Source of the DNA: Candidatus Krumholzibacteriia bacterium
GTDB taxonomy: Bacteria > Krumholzibacteriota > Krumholzibacteriia > Krumholzibacteriales > Krumholzibacteriaceae
Direction: 5' to 3'
Length of the DNA: 64,000 nucleotides
NCBI GenBank assembly: GCA_963836185.1
Contig: CAWIIQ010000003.1
Span: 448,001 to 512,000 of the forward strand
Position numbers and translations under genes: made by a program. Below are positions 51,479-61,907 of the stretch, in pieces. The stretch's first letter is position 1. Every line of letters begins with the position of its first letter. The notes beneath the pieces are model-generated. The model had not been told where the DNA came from, made no database searches, and saw only the letters and a program-made list of their open reading frames with translations.

Positions 51479-51970
51479 CTATTCCATCAGCGGGATCTCT
51501 GCGGCCAGCTCGTAGTTCACTATCGCCCCGATCTTGTTCTCGATCTGGATGTATCGTACTACTTTCTTTCCGGGCAGTACCTCGGAAAGCTTGCCGATAT
51601 AATCCTTCTTCATCTTCATCTCGTCAGCGCTTACCATCATCGACTCTTTGAGCAGCTTCATGGCGCCTTCGTCAGTAATCGTATCGGCGTTATAGCCCTC
51701 CGCGTAAGCCATGATTACCTTGACGGTCCTCTCGTGAAGAACCTGAAGGTCCTTCTGGTATGCGTCGTAGATCGGCCAGAAAGCCTCTGACTCGGCGTCG
51801 GTCAGGACGAGGTTTGCTGCGACTACCAGTTTCTTGTCCGCCTGAAGCTTCTCGGCGAGGATCTCCATGTTGGTATCGACGGCGGTCTTCTCCTGCGCAA
51901 TCGCGAGGCCGGGACCGAATGCTGCTATCACGATAAGTGACAGCGTGATCATCATTGTGAATTTCTTCAT
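51479..51970 (-). CDS. Periplasmic helical protein (Spy/CpxP-like)
   Basis: AGGAG RBS, signal peptide; LTDAESEAFWPIYDAY and RYIQIENKI motifs. Confidence 0.7.
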   Translation of the reverse strand: MKKFTMMITLSLIVIAAFGPGLAIAQEKTAVDTNMEILAEKLQADKKLVVAANLVLTDAESEAFWPIYDAYQKDLQVLHERTVKVIMAYAEGYNADTITDEGAMKLLKESMMVSADEMKMKKDYIGKLSEVLPGKKVVRYIQIENKIGAIVNYELAAEIPLME

Positions 51971-52196
51971 CTCCTGATCTCCTTTTACCTTTATTCCGCC
52001 GTTTTCCGGCAGATAATGACTTTCCTCTACTGAGGGGTTTACCCGGAACCACTCCTTTCTCAGCTCATGCAGGTATTTCACCCTGTGTTTTTCTGTTAAG
52101 GATTTAGTGCGGGCACCATAATACGGATTAAAAAGGGGCCGTGGAAAGAACTATTTCAACTGACTGCTAACGTCTTGTCCGTGCGCCAGTTATGCC

Positions 52197-53882
52197 TCAG
52201 TCCCTCGTCAACGACCTGTACTTGATCCTCTTGGGGATCTCCGCGGCTGCTCCGAGCCGCTCCTTCTTGTTCTTCTCGTAGTCGGAGAAGTTGCCCTCGA
52301 ACCAGTGTGTCCTGCTGTCCCCCTCGAAGGCGAGGATGTGGGTCGCTATGCGGTCGAGGAACCACCTGTCATGGCTGATAACGACTGCGCACCCGCCGAA
52401 GTTCTCGAGGGCCTCCTCGAGGGCGCGCATCGTGTTGACGTCGAGGTCGTTAGTAGGCTCATCGAGGAGGATGACGTTCGCGCTTTCCTGCATGACCATC
52501 GCGAGGTTGACCCTGTTGCGCTCGCCTCCCGAAAGGATGCCGACCTTCTTCGACTGATCGGAGCCGGAGAAATTGAAGCGTGCGACGTAGGCACGGGAGT
52601 TTATCTCCCTTGTGCCGAGCATGAGCAGGTCCTTGCCGCCTGATATCTGCTCCCAGATCGATTTATCGGGATCGAGGTTCTCTCTCGACTGGTCGACGTA
52701 GGCGAGCTTTACAGTCTCGCCGATCCTGATATCTCCCGAATCGGGGGTCTCCGCCCCGGTGATGAGCTTGAAGAGTGTCGTCTTTCCCGCCCCGTTCGCT
52801 CCGATCACGCCGACGATCCCTCCCGGCGGGAGCTTGAAGTTCAGGTCCTCGAAGATGACACGCTTGTCGTAGACCTTCGAAACCTTGTCTGCCTCTATCA
52901 CGACATCGCCCAGCCTGGGGCCGGGAGGAATGTAAAGTTCCAGGTCCTTCTGCCTCTTCTCGCCCTCGTCACCGAGAAGGTTCTCATAAGAGGTGATACG
53001 GGCCTTCGACTTGGTCTGGCGGGCCTTCGGCGACATCCGTATCCATTCAAGCTCACGCTGGAGGGTCTTCTGACGCTGCGATTCCTGCTTCTCCTCCACT
53101 GCGAGACGGTTCTGCTTCTGCTCGAGCCAGGAGGAGTAGTTACCCTTCCACGGGATGCCCTCGCCCCGGTCGAGTTCGAGTATCCAGCCGGCGACATTGT
53201 CGAGGAAGTACCGGTCATGCGTCACTGCGATGACGGTACCGGCGTACGCCTGCAGGTGATGCTCGAGCCAGGCGACCGTCTCGGCGTCGAGATGGTTCGT
53301 CGGCTCGTCGAGAAGGAGTATGTCCGGTTTCCGCAGTAGCAGCCGGCAGAGTGCCACGCGTCTCTTCTCGCCGCCAGAGATGACTTTTATCTTCGTATCG
53401 GGGGGAGGGCACCTGAGGGCGTCCATCGCCATGTCGAGCCTCGAGTCGAGGTCCCACGCGTCGAGGTGGTCGATCTTCTCCTGGATCTTACCCTGCTCCT
53501 CGAGAACAGTCGCCATCTCGTCGTCGTCCATCGGTTCGGCGAATTTCGCGCTGATCTCGTTGAATTTGCGCAGGAGGTCGGCTGTCTCCCGGACACCCTC
53601 CTCGACGATCTCCCTGACGGTCTTCTCCTCGTCGAGCTGCGGCTCCTGCTCGAGGAATCCGACCGAGTAGCCGGGGGATGGGAGCGATTCACCGACAAAA
53701 TCCCTGTCAACCCCGGCAAGGATCCTCATCAGCGAGCTCTTGCCTGAGCCGTTGAGACCGAGCACCCCTATCTTCGCACCGTAGAAATACGACAGTGATA
53801 TGTCCTTGAGGACCGGCTTATTGTTGTGGTACTTGCTTACTCCCATCATCGTATAGATGATCTTTTTTGAATCTTCGGTCAT
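52197..53882 (-). CDS. ettA: Energy-dependent translational throttle ABC-F protein
   Basis: LSYFYGAKIGVLGLNGSGKS, two ABC domains, GNYSSWLEQK, IPPGPRLG. Confidence 0.97.
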   Translation of the reverse strand: MTEDSKKIIYTMMGVSKYHNNKPVLKDISLSYFYGAKIGVLGLNGSGKSSLMRILAGVDRDFVGESLPSPGYSVGFLEQEPQLDEEKTVREIVEEGVRETADLLRKFNEISAKFAEPMDDDEMATVLEEQGKIQEKIDHLDAWDLDSRLDMAMDALRCPPPDTKIKVISGGEKRRVALCRLLLRKPDILLLDEPTNHLDAETVAWLEHHLQAYAGTVIAVTHDRYFLDNVAGWILELDRGEGIPWKGNYSSWLEQKQNRLAVEEKQESQRQKTLQRELEWIRMSPKARQTKSKARITSYENLLGDEGEKRQKDLELYIPPGPRLGDVVIEADKVSKVYDKRVIFEDLNFKLPPGGIVGVIGANGAGKTTLFKLITGAETPDSGDIRIGETVKLAYVDQSRENLDPDKSIWEQISGGKDLLMLGTREINSRAYVARFNFSGSDQSKKVGILSGGERNRVNLAMVMQESANVILLDEPTNDLDVNTMRALEEALENFGGCAVVISHDRWFLDRIATHILAFEGDSRTHWFEGNFSDYEKNKKERLGAAAEIPKRIKYRSLTRD

Positions 53883-53900
53883 TCTTTCACCTCGCAGGAA

Positions 53901-54245
53901 TTATTTCTGCCAGACGGCGTGTCCCCTGCGGCGCAGGATGTTCGCCAGCTCGATTTCCATCTCTACGGCATCGGAATACGAGAGCGGATTATACTCCGCG
54001 TACAGGTTCGGACACAACCGAAGGCCGTAGAGCTTTACATACTTGTTAGATTTATACCTTTCCTTGTGGTTCTCGAACCTGTTTTCGGGGGAGAGCCCCG
54101 TCATACCCACGTAGTAGCACCGGCAGCCCTCCTCGCAGCCCGGGTTGGCTTTCCTGAACTTCCATTCCTTCCAGACGGCGCCGTCGAGTTCGACTACATA
54201 GACGTTGTGGTGTTTCTTCCGGGGCATCTCCGCGTCCTCCATCAC
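53901..54245 (-). CDS. Small GIY-YIG-like protein
   Basis: NVYVVEL...YYVGMTG..PENRFENHK...EIELA..LR..G. Confidence 0.65.
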   Translation of the reverse strand: MMEDAEMPRKKHHNVYVVELDGAVWKEWKFRKANPGCEEGCRCYYVGMTGLSPENRFENHKERYKSNKYVKLYGLRLCPNLYAEYNPLSYSDAVEMEIELANILRRRGHAVWQK

Positions 54246-54343
54246 GCTGCAGGCGATGTTACCAGATTTGCTCCGTGTTGAATAGAATCGGGATTTGTAC
54301 TATTGTGTCAGCCTCGAACAATAACAGGTCTCAGGAGGTTTTG

Positions 54344-55855
54344 ATGTTTCCCTGCAGCCGGGTACGAATTCTCGCGATAACGATCTCGCTTGTCATTTTC
54401 TTCAGCACAGTGCAGGCCGCTGCGGACGCGAAATCGCATGCCGGCCAGATAGACGAGCTGATAAGCCTGCTTCACGAGCGGGGACAGTTCAATGGGTCGA
54501 TACTGGCCGCCGAGGACGGGCAGGTCATTTATGAAAAAGGCTTCGGTATGGCGAACATCGAGTCGTCGGTACCCAACGAAGTCGATTCGAAATTCATCAT
54601 CGGTTCGATAACGAAGACCTTCACAGCGGTGATGATCATGCAGCTCGCCGAAGAAGGCAGGCTCGGCCTCGATGACCCCGTCACGAAGCACCTGCCATGG
54701 TACCCAGCGGACACAGGGGACAGGATCACGATAAAGCACCTTCTAAACCACCGTTCCGGGATCCCCAACCATATGCGGGACATCCCCGAATTTCGGGGGG
54801 ATACCCAGTACGCCTGGTTCAGGCACTACAAGCCGGAAGAACTGGTCGGAATCTTCTCCGGACTCGACCTGAAGTTCGAGCCGGGCGAGAAGTTCGAGTA
54901 CTGCAATTCGGGATTCTATCTTCTCGGTGTGATCATCGAGGCGGTGACCGGTAAAAGTTACGCTGAGGCTCTTCGCTCGATGATTCTCGAGCCTGCCGGT
55001 ATGGATGACACCGGATACTATTCGAGCTACCGCGATATCGTCGACAAGCGCGCCAGGGGATATTACGACTTCGGGTTCAGCGGCTTCAGGAACGCCCGCT
55101 ATGTCGACCCGACAGTACTCTATTCGGCCGGAGGGATGCACTCGACAGTCGCCGATCTCTTCCTGTACGACCAGGCGCTGAAATCGGAAAAACTGCTTCC
55201 TGCGGAGTCGAGGGACAGGATGTACGAGATGCTCTTCGAGCGTCCGAATACGGGGGCAGGTTACGGGCTGGGCTGGAGCGTTGGGAAGACCTTCGTTTCC
55301 GAATCGATCGATTCGATAGGGTATGTCGGCCACGCCGGTGACGGGCCGGGATATTTCGGGTGGATGAACAGTTACGATGATGGAAATTTCATCGTCTTTC
55401 TGACGAACACGAACACTTTCAATATCTTTACGGCAAGATTCATACTGGATGATATCCTGCGTATACTGCACGACCTGCCCTGGGACAGGACCCCGCCGTT
55501 CGGCATCGGGCGGGCGATCCAGCCGGTGATAGAGGAGAAGGGAGTCAAGGCGGGGATCTCGGAGTACTACCGGCTCAAGAGAGAGGCCCCTGAAGACTAT
55601 ATCTTCCTTCCGCCTGAGCTGAACCGCCTGGGGTATTATCTGCTCAGAAATGGACAGATAAATGACGCGATAGCTATCTTCACACTGAACCGGGACGAGT
55701 ATCCAGAAGTGGCGAACGTCTTCGACAGTCTCGGCGAGGCCTATATTAAGGCGGGAAAGAAGGATCTGGCGATAGAGAACTATGAAAAGGTCCTTCTGCT
55801 CGATCCTGACAGCAAGAACGCGGCGGCGATGCTCGAGAAGCTGCGGAAGGAGTGA
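54344..55855 (+). CDS. Serine hydrolase (beta-lactamase family) with C-terminal TPR
   Basis: AGGAGG RBS; SITK, YCN, HAG motifs; NVFDSLGEAY TPR. Confidence 0.9.
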   Translation: MFPCSRVRILAITISLVIFFSTVQAAADAKSHAGQIDELISLLHERGQFNGSILAAEDGQVIYEKGFGMANIESSVPNEVDSKFIIGSITKTFTAVMIMQLAEEGRLGLDDPVTKHLPWYPADTGDRITIKHLLNHRSGIPNHMRDIPEFRGDTQYAWFRHYKPEELVGIFSGLDLKFEPGEKFEYCNSGFYLLGVIIEAVTGKSYAEALRSMILEPAGMDDTGYYSSYRDIVDKRARGYYDFGFSGFRNARYVDPTVLYSAGGMHSTVADLFLYDQALKSEKLLPAESRDRMYEMLFERPNTGAGYGLGWSVGKTFVSESIDSIGYVGHAGDGPGYFGWMNSYDDGNFIVFLTNTNTFNIFTARFILDDILRILHDLPWDRTPPFGIGRAIQPVIEEKGVKAGISEYYRLKREAPEDYIFLPPELNRLGYYLLRNGQINDAIAIFTLNRDEYPEVANVFDSLGEAYIKAGKKDLAIENYEKVLLLDPDSKNAAAMLEKLRKE

Positions 55856-55965
55856 CCGGGCCTATTTTTCGCTGGCTATCGGTCATAAAATTCATATATT
55901 TGTCAGACAACCGGGTTGCGGAACGGTCCGCGGCCCGGATTTCATATTTAACGAAGAGTGAATAG

Positions 55966-56658
55966 ATGAAGATCGCATACACAGGACTGGGCCTTCAGGA
56001 GGGCAAGGTAAGATACGAGGACCCGACGGTCCACTCGCTGACGGCCAAGTTCTCGCCGAAGAAGGTCACCCCGTACTACTTCGAGTTCATCGGCGACGAT
56101 TTCGAATCGGCTGATATCATCGTTGTCACGCGCGACCACGTGCTCGATCTTCTGATATTCGACATCGAGAAGATGGAGACGAGGCTCGGACGCAGCGAGG
56201 ACGAAGAGGAGCGTGCCGCTGTGGCCGCCGCCCTGGCCGCCCTGGAAAGCGAGATCCCAGTCTGCGATATGGAACTCGACGATACGGCCGCCGTCCATAT
56301 GCGGCAGATCGGCCCGCTCAGCCTCAAGCCCGTGCTGATCGTCGACTCCGAATCGATCGATGTCCAGGAACTGATCCCGTTCGCCATGCATAAGGCCGGA
56401 ATGATGTTCTTCTACACCGCCGGCCAGCAGGAAGTGCACGCCTGGCTGATCCCCTCCGGCCTGGGCGCCCAGGAATGCGCCGGGCAGATCCACTCCGACC
56501 TCGCCCGCGGCTTCGTAAAGGCCGAGATCGTATCGGTCGAGGACATGCTCCAGTGCCATTCGATGTCGGATGCCCGGAAGAAGGGCCTCACCCGCCTCGT
56601 CGACCGCGACTTCGTCATCACTTCCGATACCGTCATCGAGATACGTTTCAATATCTAG
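55966..56658 (+). CDS. Short YchF-like protein (DUF933/TGS) lacking NTPase motifs
   Basis: FYTAGQQEVHAW, AGQIHSDLARGFVKAE, PKKVTP present; no GxxxxGKS or DxxG. Confidence 0.85.
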   Translation: MKIAYTGLGLQEGKVRYEDPTVHSLTAKFSPKKVTPYYFEFIGDDFESADIIVVTRDHVLDLLIFDIEKMETRLGRSEDEEERAAVAAALAALESEIPVCDMELDDTAAVHMRQIGPLSLKPVLIVDSESIDVQELIPFAMHKAGMMFFYTAGQQEVHAWLIPSGLGAQECAGQIHSDLARGFVKAEIVSVEDMLQCHSMSDARKKGLTRLVDRDFVITSDTVIEIRFNI

Positions 56659-56771
56659 TCCTTTCAAATCCTCCGTAAATTCATCTGGCATTGACATCGG
56701 CCCGCGTTGCGTGTTCAATGGACGCAATAATCAACTCGCCGGTTTTGATTCATTTTCCGGAAGGACGGAGC

Positions 56772-57365
56772 ATGAAACGTGTACTCGCAGTTACTCTCGC
56801 GGCAGCCATCGTGCTGTCAGCCGGCGCTCATGCCGCGCCTAAAGGCAACCTCCAGCTCGGATTCGGAGCCAACCAGATACAGGGTGCTCCCATGATGGGG
56901 CTCGACTGGAAGAATCCGATGCTTTATGCGGGGGGCATGTATTTCCCTTCGTCCTGGGCGGTGCTCGTCGCCGATATATCGTACGGTATGGAGAATGAAT
57001 ACGAGCAGACAGACGGAGAATTTACCGAAACAGTAAAGGTGGGAGCCGGCTATGCGGACTTCATGTTCGGAGCGGTAAAGCACTTCACCGATGGCGGTTT
57101 CCTTTATGCCGGCCTCGGTGCCGCGGTCGGCTGGGCGAGCATCGAGCTGTCAGACAACGATTCGGAGATTACGATCGATACGGGAGTTGGAGCGGTGTTT
57201 GGAGCAGGTATGCAGATCCCGATCAAGAATACCTTCATGGGATTCGCCAATTTCAAGCAGCGCTGCGTTCCGACCGATGTCAAAGACGAAGAATTTTCCG
57301 CGACCTTCAACGCCGGCGGCTTCGAGATGATAGTCGGCGTTGCGTGGACGTTCGGCGACAAGTAG
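56772..57365 (+). CDS. Small outer-membrane beta-barrel protein
   Basis: Signal peptide ending AHA; LYAGLGAAVG, GAVFGAG, terminal GVAWTF; TTGACA-17-TTCAAT upstream at 56691. Confidence 0.75.
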   Translation: MKRVLAVTLAAAIVLSAGAHAAPKGNLQLGFGANQIQGAPMMGLDWKNPMLYAGGMYFPSSWAVLVADISYGMENEYEQTDGEFTETVKVGAGYADFMFGAVKHFTDGGFLYAGLGAAVGWASIELSDNDSEITIDTGVGAVFGAGMQIPIKNTFMGFANFKQRCVPTDVKDEEFSATFNAGGFEMIVGVAWTFGDK

Positions 57366-57403
57366 GATATGGCAGGTTCCGATAATCAAGAGGGAGCATA
57401 GCC

Positions 57404-58684
57404 GTGGCAAGCAGGATAGTTATAGCGGTTCTGGTCATCGTGATCGCCGCGCTGGTCGTCAAGCTGGTGATGGACAGCAGGAAAGGAGAGAGCGAGGCGG
57501 GGTATGAGCTGCCTCCTCCCGAGACTCTCGACGCACGCGACGTCGCTGCATTCATAGACAGTGAGGCTACGACCTTCCGCGTACGGACTACACGTGATGT
57601 CCTTCCCGGCGGGTATTCCGCGGCTATGACCCCTCTTCTCGTCGACTGGGACAAGTCTGACCTCTCGCCGGGAGGTGAGATCCTGCTTCTCAACATCAAC
57701 CATGGCGGCAATCCCGTCTCCGGTGTGACAGAGTTGCGTTCAGCGGTTATAAGGCCGGACAAGATCAAGGAGGCGCAGTTCATCATGGTCCCGCTCGGAG
57801 GGCCCGAGGCGATCTCCCACGGGATGGTTCGTTTCATCTTTGAGGAAGGGGGCGCCGAGTTCTCAGGCGGAGACAGGGGGGTGGCCGGCAAGAAGGAGAT
57901 ACTCGAGGACCTGATGATCTCCTGGGAGGCATGGCGCGCTCCGGGTGTCGACTACAAGATGATGAAGGGGATGGATCCCGAGACTTACGAACTGAGCTGC
58001 CGCGCGTACTCCGGGCCGCAGCGCTTTCTCGAGGATGCGCTGATGAACCGTGACTGGAACATGTACAAGCTCGATCTGCCCGACGGGATAGATGCTTACA
58101 GGGAACTGCTCCTTGTCGCCCTCGCGCTGGGAGACGGAGCATCCCGCCATTCGATAGTCTGGATGATCGAGGATGCCGAGAAGAAATGGCAGGAGGAGGG
58201 TCTCGAATCAGATCCGGAGCAGGCCGCCGCCGCAGGTATCTGGCGTGCACTCAAGGAGAGGGCCGGCTCGGCGAGCCCGCCGGTCGACGATCCCCGCGCC
58301 GATATGACGGGCAAGACGGGTTACCAGTCACTGACAAGGTCATGTGCGACTATGGCGCTATATTCAGTGGATCTTACCGTGGCGCGGCTTATCGAGGCGG
58401 GTCATCCGGCGGATGGCGCGAGGCCTACGCAGAAACCGGAGATGGTCGATGAGCCGGAATGGATGATAGAGCTGGGGAGCGCCGATATCGCAGGTATCCT
58501 AGTGCGGACCCCGAAGGCTCTCGCCTACGCCCGGGCTAATCCGACTGTTATCCCCGGCAATATCCCGAAAGCCCTCGAAGAGGCGGGGCTTCTTGTCATG
58601 GACGGCGACAGGCCGTGGCACAAACGCTATTCGATGCAGGGGGACACCCCCTGGGGGCACAGGTGGCAGCTGCTGATAAGATAA
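57404..58684 (+). CDS. DUF4105/Lnb N-terminal-like domain protein
   Basis: N-terminal TM; SHGMVRFIF, ISWEAWR, YQSLTRSCAT (His/Cys pattern). Confidence 0.65.
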   Translation: MASRIVIAVLVIVIAALVVKLVMDSRKGESEAGYELPPPETLDARDVAAFIDSEATTFRVRTTRDVLPGGYSAAMTPLLVDWDKSDLSPGGEILLLNINHGGNPVSGVTELRSAVIRPDKIKEAQFIMVPLGGPEAISHGMVRFIFEEGGAEFSGGDRGVAGKKEILEDLMISWEAWRAPGVDYKMMKGMDPETYELSCRAYSGPQRFLEDALMNRDWNMYKLDLPDGIDAYRELLLVALALGDGASRHSIVWMIEDAEKKWQEEGLESDPEQAAAAGIWRALKERAGSASPPVDDPRADMTGKTGYQSLTRSCATMALYSVDLTVARLIEAGHPADGARPTQKPEMVDEPEWMIELGSADIAGILVRTPKALAYARANPTVIPGNIPKALEEAGLLVMDGDRPWHKRYSMQGDTPWGHRWQLLIR

Positions 58685-58697
58685 CGGGAGGGGAAAA

Positions 58698-59893
58698 ATG
58701 AAACGGATACTGATTTTCTCGCTGATACTTGTTTCTTTCAAGTCCGGCATCCGCGGTACTGACCTTTTATACCGATGAAGCGGCATACCTGGCCGAAGTA
58801 ACCACCCTCGGCTACAGGGTTGTGAATGAAGGATTCGAGGATGACCTCGTCTGGGGGACCGTACGGACAACGATCAATGATCCAAACTACGGGGCGGTTA
58901 TCATAAGCCAGGGAATCACCTGGACCTCGAATCATCCCGGAGAACGAGATCACAACGGGCAGCGGACCTGCTTTGACCGGGTCCTGGGGATTCTACTCGA
59001 TGCCTCATGGAAATTACGCGACAGGGACGGACTGCCTGACCCCCGGTATGTGCGGGGACGGATTCATCGGCACCAGGCTCGATACGATATATGCCGTCGG
59101 GGGATGGATCACCGGATTCTATGGCGGAAGACTGAACGTGATACTCGATGGCGACACACTCAACGCTGTCGATTTCGACGGCGCCAACGATCTTGAGAAT
59201 ATCCACCAGTTCTTCGGGGTGATAGAGACGAACGGATTTACCGATTTCGAGTTCCGGGAGATGGAAGGCACGAGCGAGGACGCGAAGTACATGTGGGCCG
59301 ATGATTTTACATTCGGCCTGCCCCTGACCTCCGCTGTGCTGATCACCAATTTCAGTGCCTCTGTCAACGGATTGAGCGTCGAGCTGGACTGGCAGGTATA
59401 TGCCGACGAATCTATATCGGGGTTCAGGATCTATCGTGAGGATGCTGCAGGAAACTCCTCGACCTTCCCCGAAGACGGCCTGCTGGCCTCGTCGGCGACA
59501 GCGTTCACCGATTCGGATGTAATTCCTGGGATCGACTATATCTATATTCTCGCGGTCGTCAAGCCGGACGGCAGTGAGGTCAAGTCGCTCGAGACACGGG
59601 CAGGGATAGAGATCGCCCCCGCCCGGCTTTCACAGAACTACCCGAACCCGTTTAATCCAGTAACGCGGATCGGGTATTACGTTGACAGGGATGACGATGT
59701 ATCCCTCAGGATATACGATGTGGCGGGGAGACATGTACGTACCCTTATGGAGCGGCAACTGCCGCCCGGAGAGTACGTGGAGATATGGAACGGAGTCGAT
59801 GAGCAGGGCGATCCCGTCGCTAGCGGAATATATTTCTACAGGCTCAGGATCGGCAAGACCACGATGACCCGAAGGATGGTCCTTATCCGGTAG
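58698..59893 (+). CDS. Secreted protein with FlgD/T9SS-like sorting domain, frameshifts near 58735 and 58945
   Basis: GGAGG RBS and MKRILIF start; LSQNYPNPFNP..IYDVAGRHVR..WNG..SGIYFYRL. Confidence 0.8.
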
Positions 59894-59896
59894 CTT

Positions 59897-61090
59897 TTAT
59901 CGGACCTCGGCTTCTTCATGCCTGAACCAGTGCCTCGTTCGCAGGCTGATGCGCACCAGCATCAGCATCACGGGCACCTCTATCAATACTCCCACTACAG
60001 TTGCCAGCGCCGCACCCGATGACAACCCGAAGAGCATCGTCGCCGTGGCGATGGCGACCTCGAAGTGGTTCGAGGCCCCGATCATTGCCGCCGGCGCGGC
60101 ATTTTCGTATGTCAGCCCAAGCACCTTCGCGGCCCCGTACCCGAGCCAGAAGATCAGCATCGTCTGTATGAAGAGCGGTATGGCGATCCAGAGGATCGTC
60201 AGCGGGTTGGCGAGGATGACGTCACCCTTGAAGCTGAAGAGCAGGATGAGCGTTATCAGAAGAGCGACGATCGTCACAGGCGTAAGGAGATGAAGGAACT
60301 TCTCCCTGAACCATGATTCGCCCTTTGTCGCGATGATCGCTCCCCGGGTGATATACCCCGCGACCAGGGGCAGCGCTACATATATCGATATCGACAGCAG
60401 CAGCGCCTGCCATGGAACGGGCAGCCGGCCGACGCCGAGAAGGAACCCGCCGAGTATCCCGTAGAGCAGGAGCATCGTCAGCGAGTTGATAGCTACCATG
60501 ACGAGGGTCAGCCCGTCGTTGCCGCGTGCGAGGAATCCCCACACGAGGACCATCGCGGTGCATGGCGCGATGCCGAGAAGGATCGCCCCGGCGAGATAGC
60601 TTCTCCAGAGCGGCACCTCGAGCATCTTGATTCCGTCGACGATCACCACGGTCCCCGCTCCGTGCGTCGAGCCGAGAGGCAGGTCGAGCCCGAAAGGCAT
60701 CTTTACCAGGTCGGTCGCCTCCGGTCCTATAAATCCCCTGAACAGGACCCCGAGGAAGAGCATCGCTATCGCGTACATCGTGAAGGGCTTGACCGCCCAG
60801 TTGATGATAAGGGTCAGGAAGACCGGCTTTCCGCTGCGTCCCGCCTTGACGACCTCGGCGAAGTCGATCTTGACCATGATGGGGTACATCATGAAGAAAA
60901 GGCAGACCGCGATAGGTATCGATACCACGGGGGCTCCCTTGACCGATATCGCCATCCCGTCGAGAGAACGCGCCACGCCCGGCGCCATTCTGCCGAGAAG
61001 TATCCCGGCTACGATGCAGAGGCCGACCCACACGGTCAGGTACCTCTCGAAGACGCTCTTCATCCTTCTCGTATCACTGTTGATTGCCAT
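59897..61090 (-). CDS. acr3: ACR3 family arsenite efflux transporter
   Basis: [49 protein letters not shown]. Confidence 0.97.
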   Translation of the reverse strand: MAINSDTRRMKSVFERYLTVWVGLCIVAGILLGRMAPGVARSLDGMAISVKGAPVVSIPIAVCLFFMMYPIMVKIDFAEVVKAGRSGKPVFLTLIINWAVKPFTMYAIAMLFLGVLFRGFIGPEATDLVKMPFGLDLPLGSTHGAGTVVIVDGIKMLEVPLWRSYLAGAILLGIAPCTAMVLVWGFLARGNDGLTLVMVAINSLTMLLLYGILGGFLLGVGRLPVPWQALLLSISIYVALPLVAGYITRGAIIATKGESWFREKFLHLLTPVTIVALLITLILLFSFKGDVILANPLTILWIAIPLFIQTMLIFWLGYGAAKVLGLTYENAAPAAMIGASNHFEVAIATATMLFGLSSGAALATVVGVLIEVPVMLMLVRISLRTRHWFRHEEAEVR

Positions 61091-61121
61091 TCCCGATCAG
61101 TCCTCCTGTGATCCTTTCCGG

Positions 61122-61907
61122 TTACTTGACGGCCTCGATCGTCGCCGACCGGGCGTATTCCTCTACGCCGGTTCCGGGGAACCAGTCCTTGATGAATTCT
61201 ACGCTCTCCTCATTTACGCATATCTCCACCTTCGAGAATCCGGCCTCGATCAGCATCTCCTCGTAGAGCGAGACCGATACTGCTCCGGCAATACATCCGG
61301 CATAGGCGTCGAGGTCGTTTCTTACACTCTCGGGCATATCGCCTATTGTCACGACATCCGAGATCGCTAGCCGGCCCCCGTCCTTCAGAACGCGCCATGC
61401 GTCCCGAAGCACCTGCGGCTTGGCGGGGGAGAGGTTGATCACGCAGTTAGAGATGATCACATCGACAGTGTCGTTAGCCACGGGAAGATGCTCGATCTCT
61501 CCTAGACGGAACTCGACGTTTACGAATCCGCCCTCAGCCGCTGCCTGCCTCGCCTTGAGGAGCATCGGGGGCGTCATGTCGATCCCGATCACGCGTCCCG
61601 TATCGCCGACCTTCATCGATGCGAGAAAGCAGTCGATGCCGCCTCCGCTGCCGAGGTCCACGACAGTCTCGCCTTCCTTAAGCGAAGCTATCGCGATCGG
61701 GTTTCCGCACCCGAGGCCCATGTTGCTCTCGACGGGGAGCGATTCAAGTTCTTTCTTTGAATACCCGAGCTTCTCCGAGACTTCTTTCGCCTCGGAGCCA
61801 GAAGGCGAGCAGCATGACGTACCACCGCACCCGCAGGAGTCTGCTGTTTCGGCGTAACGTTTCCTGATCTCGTCCCTGATATGGTCCTTGTCATTGTTCT
61901 GTGTCAT
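61122..61907 (-). CDS. arsM: Arsenite S-adenosylmethyltransferase
   Basis: N-terminal CC, GLGCGNP, DLGSGGG, ISNCVINL, GCIAGA. Confidence 0.95.
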   Translation of the reverse strand: MTQNNDKDHIRDEIRKRYAETADSCGCGGTSCCSPSGSEAKEVSEKLGYSKKELESLPVESNMGLGCGNPIAIASLKEGETVVDLGSGGGIDCFLASMKVGDTGRVIGIDMTPPMLLKARQAAAEGGFVNVEFRLGEIEHLPVANDTVDVIISNCVINLSPAKPQVLRDAWRVLKDGGRLAISDVVTIGDMPESVRNDLDAYAGCIAGAVSVSLYEEMLIEAGFSKVEICVNEESVEFIKDWFPGTGVEEYARSATIEAVK

